Below are positions 50,949-63,633 of a stretch of DNA of 64,000 nt, piece after piece. The DNA is from Tubiluchus corallicola (taxonomy: Eukaryota > Animalia > Priapulida), in contig JAQGDQ010000642.1 in NCBI GenBank assembly GCA_030141605.1, forward strand, positions 56,237 through 120,236. Direction: 5' to 3'. Position numbers and translations under genes: made by a program. Under the pieces are notes generated by a model that worked only from the letters and a program-made list of their open reading frames with translations, made no database searches and was not told where the DNA came from. Numbering within the stretch: the stretch's first letter is position 1; each line of letters starts with the position of its first letter.

Positions 50949-53900
50949 ATGACACAGTCCATTATTATTCAAGGTATGAATAATAATCTTCAGGCATTGT
51001 TATCTAATAGAATCCGATTGAACAGTATGTTTTTGACTTAACATAGCTCACCATCTTAAATGAGGTAGTAATATTGCATGAAATACAGCATGTCAGTTTG
51101 CTTTATTTATACTGTTATTATCAGCTCTAAAATCCCAAAACTGTTCATTTAGAACATAGCCAGTGCTTAAAGAGTGCTGGGTCTGTCATGGTCGCAGACC
51201 CGGAACCTAAAGTTACAGACCCTGCACCTAAAGAAAAAGCAATGTTTTGCCGGGTCATACATTTAGTTTTCTCACCATTTAATTATCTATAAGCGTATCC
51301 GTAACACATGTTAGTAGCACAATTTCCGTCTTTCAGTCAACAAAATTGAATTATAGACCATAACAATGGATACCTCATTGTTGTTGTAACTTTTCACGAA
51401 AAAACGTTTCTTGAGAAGCTGTGCACAAGAACAATGAGTTAACTGACTTTATTGCCTACTAATTTATTTGAAAGTTACGTGCAATAAAATTTAGCTGTAA
51501 TCAGTTGACAAGAACTGCGTGATTATCTTTGGCAGAAGTGTATCAACATGTAAATTGGAGTTAGTGCACCTTGCTGTATTTTGTTAGCTCAGTGATTCCT
51601 CACGGTTAAACGGTTTGAATAGCCAAGACTTATACCTGATAAAGTATGAAAGCTAGCGGACGAAAACTACTTAATTCGCTAATTAAAAAGCAAGTGCAAT
51701 TTTTTTAATTAACACCTAAATTTTGTATCCTTAATGGCGAAAAACGGTTGAAAAATTGCTTACTAAATTGACCTTTATTGGCAATTAAAGCTCTCAAAAG
51801 CCTAAAGTCAGGGAAATTATAAGCCCCGGTTCCCACTGGGGCAGCCTGCAGTGCTCTCCCTGACCTCCTAGATGTTTCTTGTTTCTGTTCACCATGAGAT
51901 CTGTTACCTAAATGAATCCAGTTTTAAGCACTGATCATAGCTTACTGTTACTTACCTTTATATCCACTTCTACCTTAATTTTCCCTTCTACCAAAGTGCT
52001 TAACTTAGTGCAGCAACTGTTTACAGCATTTTGCAAAAAAGTGTAACAAAGCTGATCTTATTCTTCTATTACTGTGGACATTAAATCTAAATTTAAATTT
52101 CAAGAATGAACTTTGTAGACATCTTCTGTATCTGTGTGAATGCTTTTTACAACCATGAGATATAGATATAAGGTATAAAATTTGTATTGCCCATTTTTCT
52201 AAAGCAAAACTGTAGCCAATCTTAAACTGTAGGTCAAAACAACCTCTTTAAAATATTGAAAGCAAACATACTATTTTTTTAAAGAACGACTGACGTTTAA
52301 GAATTATTACCACACAAACGCAATTTTGCGTTCGCTCCATTAGTTCTTCGCTGTTACATGCATTTTAACTTAAAACTTACCAAGTTTTAGTACAACACAC
52401 TGAATATCTTATAATAGTACAGTACTTAAATTTTCAGTTTTGCAACACGCTCGTGGAATATTTTTGCTAGTTTGCTAGTTTGAGATGTCATCACTAGTTG
52501 GGCTCGCCCGCTCTAAATCAATATTTTAACCTATTATTTTCTTATCAGAAATGCTTTTGCTGTATTAATTGTGTTAAAATGTATACTTTTTATTGGACTT
52601 GAAAATGTGGTAGTATATGAGGAAGCTGCTAATAACAACATTAACAAATATGTAGACATAAACATTATAACGTTTTAACTAAATAATGGGCTGTACAATC
52701 AATGTACATGGATTGCGCTTAATACATCACACAGTCTTGATCAAAACTTGGTTCCCAAACTGTTTTTTATTCTTCCCCGTAAAGCTAATGACTCTCACTG
52801 AAAACATGCAATGTCGTGGATATGCGAGATTTTGCAATATAATGTAATTTAGCAAGGCATAAATAGGAGTGTGATGAACCTGTGATGAACTACGGCCATA
52901 TCACGTTGAAAACACTGGTTCTCGTCTGATCACCGAAGTTAAGCAATGCAGAGCCTGGTTAGTACTTGGATGGGTGACCGCCTAGGAATACCAGGTCCTG
53001 TAGGCTTGCGGGATGCCCACACTGTATCTTGACACTCGGCAGAGGAGCTGCGCCAGCAACCAACGGCTAGAGGGCGGAGGAGGTCAAGTGACCCAACGGC
53101 CATGTGTAGAGGAGTAAACCTTCCAAATCAGGAGTGGAGCCCCGTAGGCAGACCAGTGGAGCATGCTCACTGACTCCGGCAGCTCCTGCAGCCAACCTGG
53201 TGCCAAACGTATCGCTCCGCTTTCACATCGCTGTGCACAGGAGAGGCCACTCCAGTGGTTCAAGGATTGGACTGCTCAGCCACAGTCAACACTGCAGCTC
53301 CATCAGTGTCATCAACAACTGACATTCCGAGACAGAAGGATGCCAACAATTGATGAACCTGTAATAGCTGCAAGACGTGTGCTGTCGAACTTTGTTAATC
53401 TTGTGTTTAAATTATCAGTGATAAGGAAGTCTTTTAGCCTTTTGTATTGCTCTTTCTATATTTGTTATAAATTACCCATTTTTACTATTTTTAGTTGGAC
53501 AGTGTGGGAACCAAATAGGCTGTCGTTTCTGGGACCTTGCCTTGCAAGAACATGCTTCATATAATAAGGTAATTTGTTAGATTTGTAATAAGTTAGAGGT
53601 GTAGAAAATACATACATGCATAGTTTTTGCTTTGTTTTGAGGGCTTCCGTTAAAATTTCCAAACCTCTGCAAACTGCAACCTACATTTGCTGCTCTCTTC
53701 CTGTTTTGTCTGAATCATGATGTAATTGCTAGCTTGCATTATTTCCTAAACATGTTCATTTATTTATCATCTTAAAACTTCTTATCGTCCTTTCGTAATC
53801 AGGCTGAAGTTACGGCAAATTTGAGAATAGACGGTACTTCACACAATGTAGTACTGCGCACGTCACATGCGTCACTGACAAGGTGTGGTAGGCGGGCCAA

Positions 53901-56900
53901 TTGAATCACTTTGCACGAGAGCGATTATAACTTCAAATGACAGACACGACCTTATATGTTAATACTAGTGTATACACTGCAGTTTGCATGAACTGCCGTC
54001 AAGTCTATCCGGTACTATACAGTACAACACTTTGAGCCATGCTTAGCTTATTGTAATAAACTCTGTATTTTAAATACCAAAAAATGCGGGTTTATGAAAC
54101 AAAAATTAACAATGAAAAGATGATTTCACTGAACAATGGGCGATGATTTTCTACACAAGAAAACATTGCTAAGACCCGATTGAGGGGCTTTTTGTGCATT
54201 TAGTCTCTTAGTGTATAAAGCTAATAGGCGCTAGCGTTTACTTTAGGAACCACATACGTTGAAAAAATTTTGTACTGTTGCTTTACGGAAAATATATTGC
54301 GGCTGCCTAAACGTTACTCTGTTTCATTTCAGTTCGCTATTCATAATCATTAAAGAATCATTGTGTAAACAGAGCTAGCCAGGGGCGGCTCAGGTGTGGT
54401 TTGGCGCCGTAGCGCAATCTAGATTCCTATCCTAGTTTCATTCAAAGAAAGATTCAGGTAGTGCTATGGTCACATCCTATAAACATTTTGGTTGAATTTA
54501 CAACCGAAAATTTATTCATTTATGAGTTGAATCACATGTTTTTGCTTGACCAAAAAATTTTCTGTCCTCGGCGTACCTAGTTTGCCTGTGGTTTAACCCG
54601 ACCCTGAAGCCTAACCACAGAATGACTTGCTTTCAGTGGCAGTTTGTAATTAAAATTAGTGGGCTTGCTGTTTCAGAAAATTGTTAGCTGTTGTTTTAAT
54701 ACTGTGTAAAACGAAATAAACGTATGCAATTTTAATGTTGTAATTGGCAATTGTAATTTTAAACAAACGAACATACAGATATTTATATGTAAACTTGTTA
54801 AAAACCAAAAATTTTTTACTTACGAATAGCCTAAATTCCTGCAGTTCAAGAAGATGTCGGTAAGTTTAACGTTTTTAAGCACATGACAACTGACAAAAAA
54901 CTGTTTGAACGACATTACTCTCTCTACCTAGCAGCAGACGCTAGCACTGCAGCGTACAGCGTGTTATCTCTCAGACATGTGCAGATAGCTGCACAACAGC
55001 CAAATGCATCACTGTGCAAACAGCACTGCTCTCACGTTCTCTGGACTGTACAAGTATAAAGAAAGAACTAAAGAAAAAAGACTTATTATATTGGATATTT
55101 TCGTTAATATTGATTGAAAACAGGGGGTGCTGCAGTTTCACAGTACCTATACACGAGCCACCACGGCTTGCTTTGGACTGTAGCTATTTCATAGATTCAG
55201 ACTTATGACTCTCGAATCATCTGTACTTATCTGTACGTAAGTTTCAAAGTCCTACCACAAACACCATTGCCAAAATCTTCCTAAGCTTATCTTTCATGTA
55301 GTGCTAACCCAAATCCGAATACCAGAACAAAAACATCAAACTCAGATGTAAAAATCTATTTCAATTACCGTATATACGTGTGTACAAGTCGACCTTATGT
55401 ACAAGTCGATGTGCATTTTAAGACCAAAAATTGCATCATTTTATATATTACCTGTGTACAAGTCGACCATAAAATATTAAGATCTTCCAGGGTAAATGAT
55501 GTGGTTCATCACCTTCCCATTTGAAGAAAAAAATAATTTACTAAAATTAATACCCCTGTGTAGTTGTGTTTTATATACGCGTGTATGCTGGTAATCGATA
55601 TTTTGCCAATAAAACACGCATATACAAGGCCAGTGTAAAACTTCCCGCGGAAGCCGACAGGCTGGAGCACCTGTACAACATTGGCGATTTCTATGTTCTG
55701 ATTGAGTTCTCCATCCCTAGTTTATTTACCGGTAATATATAAATTTTAACTTAATTTCACATGCATTAAAATAAATTACAGTAATATTTGTTAATTTTGT
55801 GAAGTAATGTCTAGATGCGAACATTCTCTGATGTGAAGTATCGCAGTATGAGTGTTCATTCAGTCTAACGTATAATGAAGGATTATTTCTTTACATACTC
55901 GTATTGTAGACGACTGTTTAGCGACATCTCCCAAAAACGTATCGTAAGTATAAGTCGACCCCAAAAATTTCACCTTAAAATCGCCTCCCAAAAATTCGAC
56001 TTGTAAATTCTACTTACATTTATATTCTAAAGACTCTTTTTACATCTCAGTGAGACTAATTTGCGTTTTAGAAAGGTCATTTTGACGAGCCACTCAGCAG
56101 CTTCTTCCGTAATGTTGACAGCAGATTTGAAGATCCGATAGAGATTCCCGTGGGAGACGGAAGCGGGAAAATACGGTCCCTAAAGGCGCGAGTAAGTACA
56201 CCACTATCTTTTTTCTTTGTGTGAACAAAACATGTTTAATAACATTTTCATTGTTCGTACCCTCACAACAAATTTATTACTGTTCAATGGTGTTTCAGTA
56301 TTTTTGTATGAAACGAAATTACTTTATTGATTTTTACTTTAAAATGGCATTTTTAAATTTTTAATTATCTTGGAGACACTGTTGAGTCTAAAATTATTAA
56401 TAAATAAAATTACAATGAGAAGAATTTAAAGTATTCAACAAATCTTTGTTCACTCCGAGTGGCATAGTTAAGCTGACAAGAATTCTTGTCTGTCTTTTTT
56501 CTGTAACTCCTTCACGAGACAACTCCACCATTCAAAAAATGTCTTATAAGACCTATGACTTTTCTGCTGCTGTATGAGCACAGGCATAACTAAATAATTA
56601 CAAATTAGGTACTGTTCTATTCAGCAGAACATTGGCTATGCAAATCATGCTATTTGTTTAGACATTTATAAGATATTTAACTGGATAAAATTGAGAAAAA
56701 CATGCCCTTTTCAGGTGTTCCAACTTAGCCTTTTGAGTACCTTAGTCTGGTGTACACTTGCATGATCGTACACACTAATTTGTTGATTGCTATACAGTTA
56801 CCAGGAAAACCAACTGATCAGCCAAAGACAAATTAAGATCATTTCATGTTTTAGCAAGAATTTTTCCTTAAAAATAAAGCAGACTTGAGGCCAAGCCATA

Positions 56901-59732
56901 TCAGAGTGTTGTGTCTGTATAATTGAAATTTTCTGCATTAGCCCGACTTCACACAAATGATACTGTACATTGTTACAGTGCAAACACTGCAGTTACTGAA
57001 AACTTTTTTCAATTTCTTTGCCATTTCGCAATTTCGATTTTTGATTTGTCTACGGTGAGCAAATGCATTGCATATATAATTTTGCTTGAAAATCCATTGT
57101 ATTAGGAGTAGTAACCTACAAAAATTATCAAATATAATGTAATTGCTGCTTAGTGAGAGCAGTTTTTCATGAACCCAAGCAAAATGCAGCAAATGCTTAC
57201 AGTTCTGAAGGAGTTAAATGAAAACTTTTTTATTAGCAGATCCATATAGTCAAATAACAGAATACATACATACATACATACATACATACATACATACATA
57301 CATACATACATACATACATACATACATACATACATACATGCATGCATGCATGCATGCATACATGCATACATGCAAACATTCATACATACATAAATACATA
57401 CATACAATTGATTGGAACAAGACTACCAGCTGACAAATACACAAAGAAGATGCCTAATCATAATCATTGTATGTTGAACGGTAAATTCTGATTTTTTTAT
57501 AACTTAAATGTTATTAATGCAATTATTGCAGGCAATCCTAGTGGATATGGAAGAGGGCGTAATCAATTCTCTATTGAAAGGTCCACTGCGCGAAATATTT
57601 GACCGAAAACAACTTATCACTGATGTCTCTGGATCGGGGAATAATTGGTATTGGTTTTCTCTAGCTAGTTTTGCTACACAGATTAATATCCAAAATTTCT
57701 ATATTGTTTGTGAATCAAAGCAATTCTTTAATTATTAAAATTCTAGAGATGCACATCTTAAATGCATTATATTCAAAGATAAAGTTTTGAAGGTAAATTT
57801 TAGTTAAAGATTTTATTGCACAGAGCTGTGACAAAATGCAGTTCAGTGTGAAAACGCTTGGGGTTATGTGCACACAATACAGTAAGTTAGAGTACATACA
57901 GTATATTTCTTAGGTATAGTTTAAAGGAAGAAGTATGATTTTTCATATACTATCCCATTTTCAAGTCCGGTAAAAAGTATGTATTTTAACACAATTAATA
58001 CTGCAAAAGCGTTTCTGATAATTAAATAATGAATTGAAAACTTAATTAATGGCGGGCGAGCCCAACTATTGATGACATCACAAACTAACATAATTTTGAA
58101 CAGCAAAAAATATTCCATGAGCGTGTTGCACATGTTTGCGAAAGTGAAAATTAAAGTACAGTGCTACTGTTAGAGATTCAGTGTGTTGTATTAAAACTAG
58201 GCAAGTTTTAAGATAAAATTCAATTTCAAATTTACTGCTGTGCTCACTCATGGGCTATCGAACGTGTGTAGTGTGTTACAAACTAACACGTCTGAACTGA
58301 GAAGTCTGTTTTTTGTGTAACACATTTCCGAAATGCAGGCGCTAGTGCCCGTCTAACTAGCGAATAGCGAAATGCACGTAACGGAGATCTAGTGGCACGA
58401 ACATGAAATTGTCTTTATGTGGTAATAATTCTTTAGCGCAAGTCATTTTTGAAAAAAAATAGTATATTTCCTTTCAATATTTTAAAGAGCAGATTGTTTT
58501 GACCTACAGTTTAAGATTGGATCCGGTTTTCCTTTAACAGAAAATATTGTGTAACATTTGATTTTAGTTGCTTCTGAATCCAGGGGTTTAATGTTGACTA
58601 TAAAAACTTTGGTTCACAAAATGGCTTCTCTTTCTGAGTGCTTATCTTATTGACAGCAGTGTGATCCACATCTTTGAGATCTGTGTTGACCAACATAAGT
58701 CCCATTTAATTAAGTAATTGATTTAGTTTTACACAGTACTAACTTGAAATCTTGAAGTATTGAATAACATACTTCTAAAAGTCTTTAACGACATAGTAGA
58801 AGTTTGGGGTAATCTTGAAGTCTTGAATAATATACTTCTAAGAGTCTTTTGACGACATACTAGAAGTTTTGGGGTGCACATGGTTAGTATACACGCTGCA
58901 ACTCGCTAACTGGTGATGGTATTAGAGGTTATGAAAAGAGGTGAAGCAAGCAAAACAAACATGGTGGGTGCGGGATAAAAACACAGTTAGATTTACAGAA
59001 AGGTTAGGTGGGACGGCACCCTCATGGTAGAAACAGCAGAGAGTGTTAGTGCGCGGAAGTTATTTCTCTGATATCCGGTGGAAGTTTGTTCCACAAACGT
59101 ATTGCTCTGGGATAGAATGAGTTTCAATATTGACTCTTGCTGATGGCTGAACAAATTTGTTATCTTTGAGAGATGGGGTGATGTAAGTTGGTAAATTTAT
59201 ACCTATCCTATGATGCACTATATCATGAAAGATATTTAGTATCATTTGTCGGCATCTAATTTCGAATGTTTCCCACCCGAGTTCAGAGATCATCTTAGAT
59301 AACTTCAACATTTCTGGGGTAATTCATTTTGTACCAATCGTGCTGCATTTCGCTGGACTTGCTTGATGCGCTTGATGCCAGTAATTGTGTATGGGTTTGG
59401 GTGTGACCAGGGCTGGCTATGCTCTTTCTGCTCTTTGTATTAACTAAAATCTCCACTGAATTAAAAATGGCTAGTGTTACAGTAGAACAAGTGTGTTATT
59501 CATTTGAATATGAAATAAATTTCTGAAATTTGAAATTTTTAAGGGCCGTGGGTCACATGTTTTACGGAACAAACTACTCTAGCGAACTGCTGGACGCAAT
59601 TCGAAAAGAGGCAGAGAGATGCGACTGTCTACAGTGTTTCTTCATCCTGCATTCGATGGGTGGCGGTACAGGATCAGGTATCGGAACACGGATGCTGCAG
59701 CTCCTAGCTGATGAGTTTCCTGATGTGCACAG
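50949..59732 (+). CDS. TUBE1: Epsilon-tubulin, coding exons 1-5
   Basis: Exons 50949-50973, 53495-53568, 56072-56191, 57532-57647 and 59544-59732 splice in frame to MTQSIIIQVGQCGNQIGCRFWDLALQEH...SSFFRNVD...SLKARAILVDMEEGV...DVSGSGNNWAVGH...CDCLQCFFILHSMGGGTGSG...DEFPDVHR. MTQS, DMEEGV and GSGNNWAVGH are epsilon-tubulin features. Confidence 0.95.
51161..51933. mobile_element. hAT-type MITE
   Basis: TIR CAGTGCTTAAA/TTTAAGCACTG; TSD aacatagc/atcatagc. Confidence 0.8.
52888..53007 (+). pseudogene. Full-length 5S rRNA-derived sequence (head of a SINE; probably not a functional rRNA gene)
   Basis: CTACGGCCATATCACGTTGAAA...GATCACCGAAGTTAAGC...GGTTAGTACTTGGATGGGTGACCGCC...CTGTAGGCTT; 120 nt; no T4 terminator; several CpG-to-TpG-type changes. 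Confidence 0.9.
52888..53350 (+). mobile_element. 5S rRNA-headed SINE (SINE3-type) in TUBE1 intron 1
   Basis: 5S head, about 340-bp GC-rich body and CAACAA end, flanked by direct repeat TGATGAACCTGT (52872-52883 and 53351-53362). Confidence 0.8.
54634..55166 (+). mobile_element. hAT-type MITE (family of 41701-42221)
   Basis: Perfect 8-bp TSD cttgcttt; degenerate CAGTGGC TIR; body similar to the 41701 copy. Confidence 0.85.
55368..56005. mobile_element. Tc1/mariner-group MITE
   Basis: TA|CCGTATATACGTGTGTACAAGTCGAC start, repeated AAGTCGAC motifs, and TCGACTTGTA end. Confidence 0.65.
57263..57406. repeat. (TACA)n/(TGCA)n microsatellite
   Basis: Direct inspection. Confidence 0.95.
57925..58533 (+). 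mobile_element. Kolobok-like non-autonomous DNA transposon
   Basis: TTAA|AGGAAG...TTTTCCT|TTAA; homologous to 6634-7243. Confidence 0.8.
58870..59395 (-). mobile_element. 5'-truncated LINE (CR1/L2-group) ORF2 C-terminus and 3' UTR; duplicated at about 60951-61398
   Basis: IKQVQRNAAR...MISELGWETFEIR...FHDIVH...FVQPSAR..., then a frameshifted WNKLP end. Confidence 0.75.
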
Positions 59733-60074
59733 GTACCAGAAGTTTGCGTATGTAATGAGTTGAAAGAGTGCTGCTATTTGACAGAAATTACCTGTTTGCT
59801 GTGTACAGTTTCTGTTCAATGCTGTTTCTTTTCACAAGGGAGTAGCCACAGTGAGTTGAATTGCATGTAACTTGTAACTGACCTTATAACTCTGCATATA
59901 TGATAAATTAACAAATCATATGTGAAATGGAACAGCTGGCTTTAAATTTGTAAAACGTAGTAATTTGTGCAAATTATCATGCATAGCGCTGGCTAATATA
60001 TAATTACTTGTTTCTACACTTATGCTTTTTGTTTAGCAGTTTGTAAAGTGAGCTAAGGTAGAAATATTAAGTTG

Positions 60075-60951
60075 CAGTGGTTTATTAGACTCACGGTTAA
60101 TCGACTCAGTCGTTTAATTGACTCAAAAATGCCTTGTGCGGGCCACTCCTATGCAAGTGTATATAAAAACTGTTTGTAATTGAGTGAAATAACTCCGCTT
60201 AATTGACTCAAGATTTTTACTTTGCGGGCTGAAAATAAGACATTTGTATGTGATTAAAGAGCTTTTACTGCTTTTATATCATTTTACATCAATTTTGTGC
60301 ACTATAATAAACGTAGAAACAGTCACGTTAAGTACAGCTTTGTTTATAAGCAGTACATTTATTATGTGTGCTAATATGTTAGCGTGGCAGTTTTGTTTTG
60401 AATCTGTCACCCGCTGCAATTAACCTCATTGTTTCTGGAAGCTAAACATTTAATCATTTGCCCGGCAGTTTGCTTTTGAATTTCTCGCTGCTTTTCACAA
60501 GAGAATCAAGGTCATCACCAACTGCAGCTCAAACGCTTTGTAAATAAATAAATAAACAGACTTGTGTGATTTAGAAAAGTATGCTTTTTATTTTATTATT
60601 AAGTCAATTATAAAACCTAACAATATTTGTTTTATTAGCAATTGTTTTGTTTGTATAATAATAGTGTCATTATATTTTATAATTGAAATTATATATATGT
60701 CTTGTTTTTTTTTGTATATGTCAAAATTGTATGTATGTCTTGTATGTGTTTTCAACACTATTAAATAAATAAATAAATAAATATATAAATATTTTTTAAA
60801 AACTTCTAACTGCACATTACTTCGTTTCTAAAATTCATTAAAACTTTGCAGTGCATACTAAGTTGATGACTCATACTTCTATACCAATAATTCTGCATCT
60901 GCCGGTTAATACGTTTAGTCGGTTAATTGGGTCACAACACTTCAGTCCCAA
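60075..60951 (+). mobile_element. pogo/Tigger-like MITE broken by the duplication breakpoint
   Basis: CAGT...GGTTAATCGACTCA start and GTCGGTTAATTGGGTCAC...GTCCCA end; the missing tip is found inverted at about 63605-63633. Confidence 0.6.
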
Positions 60952-61546
60952 AGCAAAACAAACATGGTGGGTGCGGGATAAAAACACAGTTAGATTTACA
61001 GAAAGGTTAGGTGGGACGGCACCCTCATGGTAGAAACAGCAGAGAGTGTTAGTGCGCGGAAGTTATTTCTCTGATATCCGGTGGAAGTTTGTTCCACAAA
61101 CGTATTGCTCTGGGATAGAATGAGTTTCAATATTGACTCTTGCTGATGGCTGAACAAATTTGTTATCTTTGAGAGATGGGGTGATGTAAGTTGGTAAATT
61201 TATACCTATCCTATGATGCACTATATCATGAAAGATATTTAGTATCATTTGTCGGCATCTAATTTCGAATGTTTCCCACCCGAGTTCAGAGATCATCTTA
61301 GATAACTTCAACATTTCTGGGGTAATTCATTTTGTACCAATCGTGCTGCATTTCGCTGGACTTGCTTGATGCGCTTGATGCCAGTAATTGTGTATGGGTT
61401 TGGGTGTGACCAGGGCTGGCTATGCTCTTTCTGCTCTTTGTATTAACTAAAATCTCCACTGAATTAAAAATGGCTAGTGTTACAGTAGAACAAGTGTGTT
61501 ATTCATTTGAATATGAAATAAATTTCTGAAATTTGAAATTTTTAAG

Positions 61547-61735
61547 GGCCGTGGGTCACATGTTTTACGGAACAAACTACTCTAGCGAACTGCTGGACGC
61601 AATTCGAAAAGAGGCAGAGAGATGCGACTGTCTACAGTGTTTCTTCATCCTGCATTCGATGGGTGGCGGTACAGGATCAGGTATCGGAACACGGATGCTG
61701 CAGCTCCTAGCTGATGAGTTTCCTGATGTGCACAG
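61547..61735 (+). CDS. TUBE1: Duplicate of TUBE1 exon 5 (189 nt, phase 2-2)
   Basis: Same sequence and splice sites as 59544-59732. Confidence 0.75.
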
Positions 61736-63418
61736 GTACCAGAAGTTTGCGTATGTAATGAGTTGAAAGAGTGCTGCTATTTGACAGAAATTACCTGTTT
61801 GCTGTGTACAGTTTCTGTTCAATGCTGTTTCTTTTCACAAGGGAGTAGCCACAGTGAGTTGAATTGCATGTAACTTGTAACTGACCTTATAACTCTGCAT
61901 ATATGATAAATTAACAAATCATATGTGAAATGGAACAGCTGGCTTTAAATTTGTAAAACGTAGTAATTTGTGCAAATTATCATGCATAGCGCTGGCTAAT
62001 ATATAATTACTTGTTTCTACACTTATGCTTTTTGTTTAGCAGTTTGTAAAGTGAGCTAAGGTAGAAATATTAAGTTGCAGTGGTTTATTAGACTCACGGT
62101 TAATCGACTCAGTCGTTTAATTGACTCAAAAATGCCTTGTGCGGGCCACTCCTATGCAAGTGTATATAAAAACTGTTTGTAATTGAGTGAAATAACTCCG
62201 CTTAATTGACTCAAGATTTTTACTTTGCGGGCTGAAAATAAGACATTTGTATGTGATTAAAGAGCTTTTACTGCTTTTATATCATTTTACATCAATTTTG
62301 TGCACTATAATAAACGTAGAAACAGTCACGTTAAGTACAGCTTTGTTTATAAGCAGTACATTTATTATGTGTGCTAATATGTTAGCGTGGCAGTTTTGTT
62401 TTGAATCTGTCACCCGCTGCAATTAACCTCATTGTTTCTGGAAGCTAAACATTTAATCATTTGCCCGGCAGTTTGCTTTTGAATTTCTCGCTGCTTTTCA
62501 CAAGAGAATCAAGGTCATCACCAACTGCAGCTCAAACGCTTTGTAAATAAATAAATAAACAGACTTGTGTGATTTAGAAAAGTATGCTTTTTATTTTATT
62601 ATTAAGTCAATTATAAAACCTAACAATATTTGTTTTATTAGCAATTGTTTTGTTTGTATAATAATAGTGTCATTATATTTTATAATTGAAATTATATATA
62701 TGTCTTGTTTTTTTTTGTATATGTCAAAATTGTATGTATGTCTTGTATGTGTTTTCAACACTATTAAATAAATAAATAAATAAATATATAAATATTTTTT
62801 AAAAACTTCTAACTGCAAATTACATTAATGAGCCATAGCAACCAACAGGGCAAAGCAAAACACAGGAGGCAACCGGGCACACCCTACAGACGACGAATTA
62901 ATTTACTTCTTTTTTCTGCGACTTGTTTTTCTTCGTCTTGTTCTTCTTCTTCTCATACACTTATTTAGATTAATTACATTCAAAGATGAGTTTGAAAATA
63001 ATTACTCGTGGTATATACTACATGTATTAGATTAACAGGAAATAAAAATGAAGTTAAATTCTTTCTATTATTTGTATTTTTAGCTTGACTGAGCTCTCAT
63101 GCTGGTCTTTGCAAGACTTGCTATAGTGAAAATTTGAAATAAATGCTTTGCTCATGCATGTATGTATGATAAGAAGTACAATGTGATAAAAAACATCGTT
63201 ACAGCATATTTGTGATATGTTTGAAATTTCCATTTTTTGCATATTAGTATTGTTTACAGGAGGGCTGCACTTCAAGAAATCTGTCCTTGAAGGTGGTGAA
63301 ATGCTTGGAGTTGGTGCAAGTTTTACCAAGCCTCGGTGTAATACAAAAACAGAACTCTACACGTTAATTTCCAGCTAGTTTGTGAGGTGTGACAAAGAGT
63401 AAAAGAAATCGAATTAAC

Positions 63419-63539
63419 CTGATTTTCTACAGGTAAGACACAATCAGCATAGTCTGTTAGTTGTTTCAGCGCCAGGATGCTGTTGTACGGGGATGTGATG
63501 ACATCATCTTCTGAGGAAGGAAAGACTGCCGTGATAAAC
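63419..63539 (-). CDS. TUBE1: TUBE1 exon 6 in inverted orientation
   Basis: ttacag|G TTT...CAG|GTTAAT encodes FITAVFPSSEDDVITSPYNSILALKQLTDYADCVLPVENQ, the direct continuation of exon 5, but on the minus strand. Confidence 0.88.
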
Positions 63540-63633
63540 CTGTAATAAACGTTTGGTTCACATTTCAATTCAATTTCAATTTATTCATTCCTCATGAAAA
63601 CATAACATGAAGCCGCCACTTAATAGATTCACA

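Larger units (their letters stand above)
58948..62817. repeat. Tandem segmental duplication, 2003-bp offset (58948-60814 copied at 60951-62817)
   Basis: No differences seen on inspection; ORF track entries recur identically at +2003. Confidence 0.97.

Noticed and set aside
52888-53007. Functional 5S rRNA gene
   Set aside because: Altered 5' end, no oligo-T terminator, substitutions relative to recalled 5S sequences, solitary intronic position and flanking direct repeats.
62851-62862. CAAAGCAAAACA recurring near both rearrangement junctions (60949 and 62851)
   Set aside because: Low-complexity 12-mer about 30 bp from the breakpoint; could be chance.
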